From Pavona decussata (taxonomy: Eukaryota): 64,000 nt of DNA. Below, one piece after another: positions 12,710-23,900 of the stretch (positions are counted from its first letter, which is position 1; each line of letters begins with the position of its first letter). The notes under the pieces were generated by a model. That model ran no database searches and was not told the origin of the DNA. It worked only from the letters and a program-made list of their open reading frames with translations. The stretch is from the NCBI GenBank assembly GCA_977016875.1, contig CDRNST010000369.1:124001-188000 (forward strand), written 5' to 3'. The translations under genes were made by a program, and so were the position numbers.

Positions 12710-15700
12710 CTGCCAAATAAATGCAACAGTTTCAACGTCCTGCTACTGAATATCTGTAGAAATTTGTTGACAAACGTTAAGGAAGGAAAGCGTGAGAAAG
12801 GAAGCTAAAAGCCAAAACATGACGAATCGAATGTCATAGAACCCTTCAATGGGTAACTTCTTTTCCTGATTAACAAAAAATGTTAATCCATCTCGCTTTG
12901 TTCATTTCTATGCGAGGTGATAAAGATTCTATACGCCTATGCTGTTGATTATATCTCATTGCGTGGCCTAAAAATCCACTCACCAGTTATTAACTTGTAG
13001 AATAGTGAGGCCGGTTTCTTGAGCCAAAGATCGCTTCTGTTCCTCGGATGGATACGGGTGCTAAAAGCAAGTTATTAAAAAATCGTTCACTCAGTGCAAT
13101 ACAAAGGCCATTGTCGTGAAGAACAATACATTTTATTTTAAAAAACCGTAACCACCAAGAAAAACTTTGGAATTACAGTAACAAACACTCCACACGTAGA
13201 TAAGAATTTATTTCACTCCAAGACAGGGGCGACAAACTTGAGTAAAATTAGGAAAACGCAATGTTAAATACTCTGATGATCAAATCATAAAGTGCATTTC
13301 TTGAGATCTGAAGGTACATTGCGTGAGGCGGGTGCAAGATGTTGCGAACTGGTGTTTTAACGATGAATGTTTCCACCAGAATAGGGCATTTTGAGTTTTC
13401 ATGCTTTGACGAATTTAAGCACCCCCGCAGTTTAAGAAGAGTTTGAGAATTCGCTCAATTGTTCGATTTATTGTTCCGTTCAGTTAAGAAAAGAAAACAA
13501 ATTGGAGCCATTTGTCTTTCCTCTAGACCTTTCTTCAAAGATTATTACGTCCGTTCTCGTGATGTGGATGAACTGCTTTAATTTCCCTGTTGTGGTCTGC
13601 TACTTACTTTGTAGCACTAAACAACCCTGCCACTTATTGTAAAATATTGTCATAAATTGCGTCAACAATGTCAATGCTGTTATCGACTAAACTTTTGTTC
13701 AGTTAAGCAAAACTAAAGAATCTCAAAAGAGGTTCATTGGTGTTTTGGAGTAGCGCTTACCGTTAAATGCTGAAAAAGCCATGCCTTCATGATATTGGTG
13801 GCGGCTTTAGGAAAGATCCCTCTCTTCTTTTGGCTTTTCTTTGACTGTTCATCATCCGTGTTGTCACCCGTACCATCTTCGGAGCCAACAGACGTATTTA
13901 ACGAAGGGTCTGAAATAAAGAGGCACGCCATGTTTTTTAAGAAAATACTGTCGTTACCGAGAGGCACTTCAAGACCTTATTCTGTTACACGTCGCATGTT
14001 CTGATAGAATATTGAAGTAGACAGTAATGGATACGACACGTTGTTAAGGCGATCACATTTGCAAGTTTTATCCCCTCATGCACTTGAAAAGATCTAATAG
14101 CGTGGACTGGCAGTTTTGCATACGCGGAGGATTAAGAGCGCTGTGAGAGCCTAATTTTCTTGTGAAGGCTTGAAGGTTAACACTCTCTGGGTGATGCCAA
14201 AGAGGAGAGGCTTATAGCAACACCTGCTGCTCTAGTTTCCTGTCAAAAACTCACAAAGACGTACTTGACACTTTTCCAAAGCTTTTCGCAATAGCGTTAT
14301 TGGTGTCAGTCAACACAAGACAACCCATTTCCTCCAAACACAAATTAGTGAAACCACTCCAAGTTCCCATCGAAAGGATGATATCGATAAGAGCGATGTC
14401 CTATAGCCTGTTGACTTAGACTTCTCGCCAAACAATGGAAAAGGCGGAACGGTTTTTATTTTGCCGGTTATTATATCGCAGTCGAAAAATATTTTGTTTT
14501 TCTGATACAAGGCCCCACCCTTTAAACGAATTTATGGACCGCTCGCCACCCCGTTCGCTTTTCTCACACGATTGCATGCCACATTATGCCCCTTACAACC
14601 GACAATGCAAATAGTGGGTGGAAAAAGGAGGAAATGTTAGCTCAGTGTCTTGGATTAAGTAAACATCACGAAAGAATGCTAAATACTCCAAGTCAAACTC
14701 CTTTTCTCTCGAAATGACATCTTTATGAAAATGAGGCGAATCACAAGCAAACATCTGGTCGCGAATTGAAAAGAGCTGAAGGCAGGCGAAACATAACATG
14801 GCGATGCCTCGAGCGCGCAAACCGAGAACCACACCGAAAGGCAATAAGGTTCGCGCTTAAGCCAACAGGATTAATAATGGCAGAAAAAATAAATCCTTCT
14901 TAGCGTACACGTATGTATTTGTCACACGAGTAGGAACATTCTTCACGCATCAATTAGGATTAAAAAGATCACTTTCACTCCTCTATTAAAAGCGGGGGCT
15001 TTGCCTTATTGATGAAATTTCATAGCGGATTCAAATTGGAATTTTTTAGCTTTTCTAACCGATAGAGGGTCTTGTGGAGGGTTTTTCTGGTTCAATACTT
15101 TGACAAGAAGCAATTAAGTTAATCGGACGCTATCAGCGCGTTTTATGGCTTTGTCTGCTATCTCTGAAAGCGCCAAAAACCAAGATGGGAAACTTGAGCA
15201 CGATTTAAACTACATTCAACAAGCCGATAAGACACCGAATAGCCGACCAACCTTAAAATCCGAGTCATTTGAACTTAATTAATTTGGTCAAGGAGCATTT
15301 CCCAGATAAAAGACTAGAGCTTTACCGCCCTGAGAAGAATTTACAACAGCTAGGTGCTTGAAACTTGACACTCCCAACACTTTGACGCTGACAAAATCCA
15401 TCAGGTTCACTTAAATGCTTACTGCAGCCCTTAGTCATACTAATTCATGTTACTCTTCTTTCACCTGTTATGCGCTCGTGACAGCAATAAAGCTCTTGAA
15501 ACTGTTTTCCATGAGGCATCTTCGAGAGGGCATAGAAAATACAAATTCCAAAACCACTTGACAGCCGAAGTCTTTGAAAAGTTAACGATTGAAGACGCAA
15601 AAGTGGACCTCCCAGAGAAGTGGCGTGCACTAATTTGGCAGAGCTCGTTCTTCTTTGTTTTTCACCTCTAGAATCCCGAAACTAAACCCCGGAGATTGTA

Positions 15701-18700
15701 GATATAAGTGACGACAAAAGCATAATGAATTATTGGTTGACACTACTTCAGGAAATTACTGGAGGAAATTGCAAGAGGCTATCTTGTCAGATTTATCAAA
15801 GAATCAAGAAATACTGTCAAGAATTAAGACAACGACAGAAAGGGATGGTACACATGCACTTAAATGAAAGGCAAGCTATTATCGGCTTCAATATTTTTAA
15901 AATACACACATTTTCCAACTTAAGTGAGCTATATGAAATCTTGACATCGAAAACTTAGAACGCATAACGAACGAAGCTCTTGTCAAAATTGTCCGAATAA
16001 CCTTATGTGGCCCAGCGGTTAATTAACATTTGGCTCGATTCCTGGGCGAAAAAAGTTGCTGATTGGTGGCGAAGCCAAAGCTCTCAAGAAAACCCTTGTT
16101 TCTGACAGGCAAAGACACTTTTATATATACTCTTTTATCCATTAGAAACGATTTCTTCAGTTTTCGCTTTTCAAAGGTTGGATGTTTGACACTTTGTAAA
16201 CGAAGATGGCACATCTGTTACTAGCTGTTAATTTTATCGTCTCTCTATTGTCAAAATAATTTCTTCAAACGATTTTTTCCTTTTGTTTGATCGCACAAGG
16301 CGAGTTGGGCTTTGAGAAAAAAATTTCATTCCGTTCGCTTGGCCTTAATTGTAACTTTTCTTTGACAATTAGTCATGTTTGTACTAGAAAATACTCTTGT
16401 CACTTCGCAATCAAAAGAAGGCGTTCACTAAGTGAGAAACACGCGATAAGTTATCCACGAACTTTTTACGGCTCATTTCGAAGCCTCATTATCGCGCCCT
16501 GTCTGTTTATAATTCGCAGGGATAAAAAAATCACGAAGCCACAGCGGAAAAAACATCCTGTGTTCATAATGTTGTGCCTGTGCTAGCAAACGACACATAA
16601 TGACTGCAACTTTATGCATATGAGAAAAGCGAACCGAAATTTACATATGGCTTATTCTCGTCGTAAAACGCGTAAAGTGATATTCTTTTTAATTACCAAC
16701 AGAAAGAAAGCCTTTGTGCAGCTGTGTCAACAGAGCCATAAAGCTTTCAACTCAATAAAAGGCCACAAGAATAGACGTAAGGCTGAACCAATAATTTCAC
16801 TGTTCAGTCCCACTCTTTATATAATTGCCAACGTGGATCACAACAATGGCCAACAGCTACTCATTTAGCATAATAAAGGAGAGATAAAACAGTACCCCCC
16901 GATAAATTCTCCTTTAGTGATATATTATTGAAGACATTATTAAAAAGACATCGAATACGGAAACAATTTAATAAAGAAGTGATAGAAATGTCGCTTTTAA
17001 TAAAAGCTTTTGCCATTTCCTCACCTTCCGGAGTCGTGGGCCCATCTACCCCAGAATTCGATGGCGGTCGAGATGATGATTGAGAGTTGGATCCCGAACC
17101 GGTCGCTTCATCTCCCTGCCCAGGCTGCCAGGTCTGAGGATTCGGTGGCTGGAGGGAACAAAGCGAAAGAAAACAAAATAAGTGATCGCGTGCTCTGCTC
17201 TCGTGCTATCTCACAAACCAAAAGAAAACAATTGGAATCCTTCGACAAAGTTGACATAAAAAGAATAAGAAAAGTAAAGCGCGGGTGTAAGAAATTTCGA
17301 CATTTAACGTAATTTTTGTCAGAAGTGATTGTGAAGGGATAATTGACGAAAATCCCACCTACGAGAAAATTGCCCGACGCGCTAATAACTCTATAAGTTC
17401 ATCCGCCAAATCTTTTGAGGCTTTGTATCCCGCACGCTGGATGTCTGAGAGCGCGCTTGTTTTACCTGTCTTAGGTGAAAACAGGTAACCATTGAGTTGT
17501 TAGCGTTTTCTGTCAGGTTCAAAACGTAGAGGTGTGAAATTGATCTTAGATAAATGTCCCAGTGTATGTGGCACCAAAGAACTTTTTTCAACACGTCAAT
17601 CCGCCAAAAAGGCTGTCTAGGTGCAATAAAAACTTCTAATAATGACAAAGCATAACGCCATCACAAGTGTCCAATTGGTGCTCGACTACATGACTTTTTG
17701 TGACTTCTGCTGACGGCTGGTTGTTATACGGGCCGTCGTTAATACAGTAACCACACAACACTTTATTTTTACTTCCCCATTGAGATCAATTCAACTCGTG
17801 GGACAATGATAGTTTTGAAAACATCGCCGCGGGGCGCAAGGTAAACACTGGCTAGTCAGCGTTCATCAATCAGGTTATGCGACCTCATCGGTAACCGTTT
17901 GCCGTTGAGACGCGCTGCAGGCTCTTCCTAATTCTATCGCGGGATTGCGAAGACTTAACGGTCATAGTGCGGCGGTATCATTCTCGAGACTTAATAACCA
18001 TTCATCCACTTAGATGATAATGTGATGTTGTGAGAGAAATTTACACCTCCAAAAGGCTAAGACCGTACGTGTATCGCCCACCAGATGAACAGCCACCAAA
18101 CGATAACCCAGCGCTAGCGTGGCGTTCGTTCGCAACTCATGATGACACACCAGGTTACAGTACCTGTGGTAGGGCGCTTTCTGGCGGTGAATCGATGTCC
18201 AGAGTATCGCTGTCGCTTCTGCTTTTGCCTATGTTTTCCTTCTCGTCCATAACAAGATCAATGGGCATTTTACCCTTCAGGCAGGAAATGTAGCGCTTAC
18301 AAAAGTTGTCGCACAGCTCGTGCACCTTGAGGGAGAAACAAGAAGTGTTGGATTTTCGTTGTTTTACAACGTGAACAGCATCCTGAATTTTAACTCAACT
18401 GTTAGCGTAAGCACCAAGAAATACCTTAAAAATCCATCGAATAAAAGCAAATGACAGCGCGAGATTAAATTTCTAACTAAAGATAAGGGTAATGTATGCA
18501 TTATGCAAATTCTCGTCTGAAAAATGTCTGGAGGTTCTTGCTTATATACACAGAACTGAGAGCATCTCGGATCTGATGGAAGTCGTGTTTTCTTGCAGCG
18601 TTATTTTTAATCGATAGGTCAACTTCATGGCTGACTTAAAACCACCACCCGAAACATCACAGGCTAAATAAACATTTTCGTACCTTTTCTAGTTCCAGTA

Positions 18701-20063
18701 GGTGAAATCTCAGGACTTGGATCGACTGAATCATCTAGAAACGAGAGAACCAAAACATCGGCCAAAAGTCAGATTCCTTCATGTTATGAGTCGTACAATC
18801 AACGGTATACAAGGCACTGAGTGACTGCTGTGCGTGTATAAATCAGCGTATAAAGGCGGCGAAGCATGTGGCAACATTTTGTGTTATTTAAATTCAATCA
18901 ACCGGGTTTGTATTAATATTTTAACACGTCCACCTTTGAAATGATAGCTTACGGTTTGGCCAAAGGAAAACAATACTTACCAGACTATCGACTTCATGGT
19001 TGGACGAGAAAATCGTCTTGTCGCTTCTGAACTAAAAACACAACAATAAACGGAAACCATTATGAGATTTCGTTCACTTGATCACCCTGTGTGTGACTTG
19101 GAAAAATATAAACTGTAGCAGTTCAAGAAACGATTTTGAACGATCACGTCAGACTAACATATCATTGATTGCCCGTCCCCTGCAGGCCTGGGGGAAGTCT
19201 AACTACTGAGCAATAAAGTGTAAATGTACCTGTTTCGAAAAAACCTGGATATCCTCGTTGAATGAAGCAGAGGAGCACACGTCTCCACCGACAGCTCCAG
19301 GTTCACGAGGAGTGCACGTCGCCAGCTCGCATTTCTCGAAGATAAGCGCGAGGAGAGGGAACAGCGAATGCCTGACAGTGGAATTAGAGCATACATGTTA
19401 ATGAATAGAGTTCAGTTAATAAGCGTTCATTTAATGCAGTGCAATGAAAAAGCCGGTGATCACGATCCTGTAGGGCTAACTAGCTAGATAGCTTGCTGGC
19501 GCTAGCTGTCTTGCTTGAAAGAAATTTTAATACGTGCGTCCTTGTAACTATCAACTGTAACTCAAGCTAATGCGAAGTTTGACAGCACCGGAGTGATCAC
19601 CGAGATTCACAGATAGATCAGTCGATCGTGAGTGAGTGATACATTTAGCATGACATGCAAATCAAATATCTGAGCAGGGAGCTGATCGTATGTAACGTAC
19701 GTACCCATATATTAACTCCTTATCTCTCTTGTGAATATCAGAAACGGCGCTCATTGCACTCGACACTCCTCCTCCTGCGGCAGGCGGGTGATGGTACGGT
19801 GATGTAGCACTGTTATGGTTCATATGCTGCATTGGAGCTCCAGAACGACTGTGATCGTACATAGAAGTTGCAACGTCCATTGAGTAAGGGCCCACTTCAT
19901 CATAGGGCTGCAAAATTAAACGATTTTGTCAGCTGTTTGCGAAGCGCTTCTGCAAATCAGTGCACAACAGCGGCGCTAAACAGGCAAAACTTCATGCGCA
20001 CACACCAGCACAGGCCGGCATCACGGGCAAACGGAACGCTCGGCTACTGACCCGTTGTGCCAT
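12094..20063 (-). CDS. Meis: Meis/homothorax-class TALE homeobox transcription factor, complete 10-exon CDS (528 aa): join(20063-20052,19907-19705,19371-19230,19031-18981,18734-18684,18325-18164,17148-17025,13909-13761,13060-12984,12709-12094)
   Basis: Manual splicing gives an open 1587-nt CDS with GT-AG introns and matching phases. It contains the MEINOX domain ([23 protein letters not shown]...[42 protein letters not shown]) and a TALE homeodomain ([61 protein letters not shown]). MAQR start and KMPIDLV indicate Meis rather than Prep/PKNOX. Confidence 0.97.
12984..13060 (-). CDS. Meis: Meis exon 9, TALE PYP loop ([26 protein letters not shown])
   Basis: gcttttag|CAC ... AACTG|gtgagt, 77 nt. 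Confidence 0.97.
13761..13909 (-). CDS. Meis: Meis exon 8, start of homeodomain ([10 protein letters not shown]...[23 protein letters not shown])
   Basis: tttatttcag|AC ... ACG|gtaagc, 149 nt. Confidence 0.97.
17025..17148 (-). CDS. Meis: Meis exon 7, S/P/G-rich linker ([41 protein letters not shown])
   Basis: ttccctccag|CCA ... GAAG|gtgagg, 124 nt; supplies the phase 0 to 1 bridge needed between exons 6 and 8 and contains the linker Trp. Confidence 0.88.
18164..18325 (-). CDS. Meis: Meis exon 6 ([30 protein letters not shown]...PESALPQ)
   Basis: ttctccctcaag|GTG ... CAG|gtactg, 162 nt. Confidence 0.96.
18684..18734 (-). CDS. Meis: Meis exon 5, MEINOX-B ([17 protein letters not shown])
   Basis: ttctag|ATG ... 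AAG|gtacga, 51 nt. Confidence 0.97.
18981..19031 (-). CDS. Meis: Meis exon 4 ([17 protein letters not shown])
   Basis: tttttag|TTC ... CTG|gtaagt, 51 nt; aligns with vertebrate IRAEKPLFSSNPELDNL. Confidence 0.93.
19230..19371 (-). CDS. Meis: Meis exon 3, MEINOX-A ([47 protein letters not shown])
   Basis: ctgtcag|G CAT ... AAACAG|gtacat, 142 nt. Confidence 0.97.
19705..19907 (-). CDS. Meis: Meis exon 2 (PYDEVGPY...KRDKELIYG)
   Basis: ttttgcag|CCCTAT ... TATGG|gtacgt, phase 0 to 2, 203 nt. Confidence 0.93.
20052..20063 (-). CDS. Meis: Meis exon 1 coding part (MAQR)
   Basis: ATGGCACAACGG|gtcagt; same 4-codon first exon as vertebrate Meis. No minus-strand ATG seen in 20064-20382. Confidence 0.9.
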
Positions 20064-20296
20064 ACGATGCGTATTCAGTCCGCTCCAGGGTTACGAGCCG
20101 CTCTGTGGAGGATTGTTATCGTAAAATTGCTGCAAATGTTTAATCCTGAATTGTGACAATCAGTTTAGGGCTAACACAGTTGGATAGCTTTCTAAACTTA
20201 CAACCCGTCAACTCAATGTAAGGAAAAGATGTGTACGGCCGTCAACACAACTAGTAACGAATTGTCAAGCCTGTCTCGTGGCTTTTGGCCACAGGT

Positions 20297-20306
20297 CTGT
20301 CAATCA
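20297..20306 (-). promoter_or_regulatory. PBX-MEIS/PREP composite site TGATTGACAG (proximal)
   Basis: Plus strand ctgtcaatca is a 10/10 match to the decamer, 234 bp upstream of the Meis ATG. Confidence 0.65.
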
Positions 20307-20607
20307 CTTTTCAAAATCTCTATGGACTCTTGTCACGTAATGACCGAGAGAGAGTTCGAAACTTGATCAGGATGGCAGAGAACATTTCGCCGCGAATTCT
20401 CTTTCGTGTGGTCGATTTCAGGCGCGCAAATTTATTCAGGAAGGACTTAGGGTAGTATTAAACTTGACAAGGCATCTCAAACATTAATAAGCTTTTTCTC
20501 TTAAAATAGAACAACGTAAAGTACTTTGAAGCGGAGGCAGAGCCATTAGTCAATTCTCCTGGGTATGTTCATAAAAACCAGCCACTTTTCAATAATACCT
20601 GGTGGAA

Positions 20608-20629
20608 CCAATTAGGTTGACGGACCAAT
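20608..20629. promoter_or_regulatory. Paired CCAAT boxes, likely Meis promoter
   Basis: CCAAT at 20608 and CCAATCAG at 20625, between the two decamers. Confidence 0.45.
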
Positions 20630-20953
20630 CAGAAGACAGCTCATCCGCCAAGCCAAATAATGTGTCTAAACATTTCAATTTCCATTGTCTAAGCCATCGT
20701 GGTTCTTTACGCAGGACGTGGGGCGTGTCGTTCCTTTCAATGGCATATAACAAAGTAATCGAGTGCAATTTTGAACGTGTTACTAAGCCTCAGATGAATG
20801 GCAGTTTATTAACAACACGCTCGAGGCTCGCTCAAGGCTTGGTTTCCGTGCTTGCATGTTTCGCATTTCACACCCCCATTTAATTAGAACACAAAACAAT
20901 TTACAAATGTCTCGATGCGTTGGGAAGTATGTAAAACAACTGATTGTCGTGTA

Positions 20954-20963
20954 TGATTGACAG
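20954..20963 (+). promoter_or_regulatory. PBX-MEIS/PREP composite site TGATTGACAG (second)
   Basis: 10/10 match, about 890 bp upstream of the Meis ATG. Confidence 0.65.
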
Positions 20964-23900
20964 CATTTCTAACACCTGCTGTTAATTGGCTTGACTGGGG
21001 AAGAGGGCTGCCCAAGACAACACAAAATGAACTTTAATAAATGTGTTAAAAGCTCAAATACAGCTGAAACAAAAAGAAATCTTACACGAAGCTAGCTGGC
21101 TTGCATTTGAAAATCGTTCTTTACAAATCAACTGAACTCTCAACCGGCACCATTCTTCTAACTCTTGGTTGCCGTTATTGAATTTGGTGTAAATTGAAAG
21201 TAATTTTGACGGATTGTATTTCACTATCAATTTCCTTGTCTGTTCGATAACGAAGAAACGTGACGCCTTTTGTCAAAAGCTGTCATGAGGGCGGAGTACA
21301 GCGACATTCGGGTGAAAACAACACATTCACTCGAATCTCCTTTAAACCGCATTAGATACTGTGTACTTGTCAGAGCTTGCTGTGAAGTCCATTGTCATTA
21401 AAGTGAGCTAAGGTTGCGCGCTTTTCAAAAACCATCCTCGCGCATAATCCTAAACAATTCAAGGTGATCGCGCTCGTGTGTTTACTGACAGGAACCGCCG
21501 CATGCCAGGCAATGTTTACGCGCTTGTCCTCCAAACGTCTGCCTGTCGTTTTGCAAGCTATTATCATCAGCACTCTTCAAAAGCTCGTTTACAACTACGG
21601 CAAGTGTCCTAGACTAAACGTTCTGTTGCCGCTTAATCTTCGAAGTATCTGATTTAGCCAGGTAAATTATATACCGAATACGTGATGTCGCGGGTATAAA
21701 GAGCCAGAGATGAACGCAGGGCTTGTGTGTATATTTAGCAACTGAAATTGGACACTGCTGTATTCTCCCGGAGGGTGAGGAAAAATATTCCTGAATAGCC
21801 TCGAATCAAGAATTTAATTAAATAGCGCTTTTTGTAATATGATTTTTCGAATCATAAACGCGCGATTTTCGCGTTCCTTCGATTGCTTATGGGCTGAAAT
21901 GAACAACAAAACAAAACACTCAACGGCACGGCAGGCATCGCGACCAGATGGCGCGAGCATTAGCATTGAAAGATGAAGTTATGACAAATTTGTGAGCATA
22001 ATTTTTACCATTATCAAATTAATCCCAGGCGATGTGAATTTTTCGAGTTTAAAAACTCTCTCAATACGAGGAACTGTTATGCAATTTATAAACACACTGC
22101 TTAGCTTTTTTGGCATGCACATCGGGTTTCATTTTTTACAATAAACAGAGCGAACGTGTAATTTAAGAAGCTTTTGCTATGGCTTTGGCCGATGTGTTTT
22201 CGTATGCGGTACGAAAACATCACATCTGATCACTAAAATTTTGTTTGTCACTAAAGATGTCGAACATTTCAGCATTCAGTCAAGAAAGTGACATTCTGGC
22301 GAAAACCTTCATCCAAAAAGCTGACATCTGCTAATTAGATCCTCGTAGTTATCTCACAACGCAGGACATAATCATTAGCCACATGAAAATAATTTTAAAA
22401 CCATTACGCACCTCAATGTTTTACAAAGGAAGAGATGAAAAATTTTCAGCTCAAGAAACCAACTTTGCGGACAAGCAAGGAACGTAAATAATTTAAATAA
22501 ATAACTTGGGTGGCTTGAAATTAAACAGACAGCATTTTTGAAACGACAGAATGAAAACCGCAAATCGCATTCCTTTCTAGAAAAAGTTTCCGTCAAAATA
22601 ACTTATCTGCGCTACAGTGCGGGCCATTGTTATCAGGCCCGATATTTTTCCATTCATCAGAATGTAAGAGGGTTGTTTTCTGTTGTTTATGGTTAGACAT
22701 GTTGTTTTGCTTAAACGCATAAATGAAAGACAGCAAATGAGAATGTTCGACAGGGTGATAACTGCTCAACTATTAGCCACGAAAGGTTGATGTATGTGAC
22801 AAGCGAGACTTGAAAACGGCGCAAGTTTTGACACGTTATAATAACACATGGACTGATGACCCGTTTGATTCGTCTGGTCACGCATGGCTAAAGTGCAGAA
22901 AGTACTTCCATCTTGCCCACCACAAACTTGCCACGGGTTTCGATTTCTTTCGATTCGTTCTTCTCTCTTAAAATATTTGGCAGTTCTACTTTGAACACAG
23001 TTTCTGCTCTTTGAGGAAATTAAACGATTATTCGAATTAGCAATTTCTGCTAAGGTTGTAGTGTTAACAAAATGTTAAACAGAATAAACAGCGTGTTTCC
23101 AAAATTTCAACAAACCTGCGCTCTCGACCCTTTCAGTTGGGCGCGAGGCCAAGGTTTACCATGCAAGCAGACATTTCAACCGTGTAATAAAAATTAACAT
23201 AGATTGGTAAATGTTTCCTTTGTGGCTGATAGTAAAGTCGCTCAACACTAAGCGTCTGAAAACGATTGGTGACAACACGATATCCACACTTGACTGCCCC
23301 TGAAAAGACTGTTTGAAGTTTGTATATCATGCATGAAATTACGATGACTCTCCAATATGCACAATAAAATCTGTCATTACAAGCATTGGCCAAGTGTCAG
23401 TTTTGTCATGCTGTTTATTTCTTTCGCTTACGCTTTTCTTTGACGCCGTGTGGGGGAAAACAGTGCTGTTTGTGTTATCGGATTAAAGAACCTTTGCCCC
23501 TTTAATAGCCATTAAAAACTGCCTGCGCATTTAGAAGTCGGCATTCAACAAGACGGAAAACGACACAACAGCCTTGATTTGTCTCAAAATAAAGCCCATA
23601 CTTCAATTTCACAACAAAGGCATGACAACTATGTCGTATCCATTTAAAAGCTTTACAACACTTGGTGGTTAGCAAACGGGTAACGTATCTCGGGATTAGC
23701 TATGGCATCAATCAAACGCGTTTCAGAGGTCTGTGCGTGCGAACGAAGCCTTCTTTGAAGTCCAGATACTAGGAATTATAGCCTGCACGCCGACATGGAT
23801 GATTAGAAGGCTCTGGAACTTGTGACAAGACAGTAGGTCAGTCGTATTTTTCCTTTCAATCTGGGAAGCAAGCTTTGGAAAACATCTGGCTAAAGTAAGC

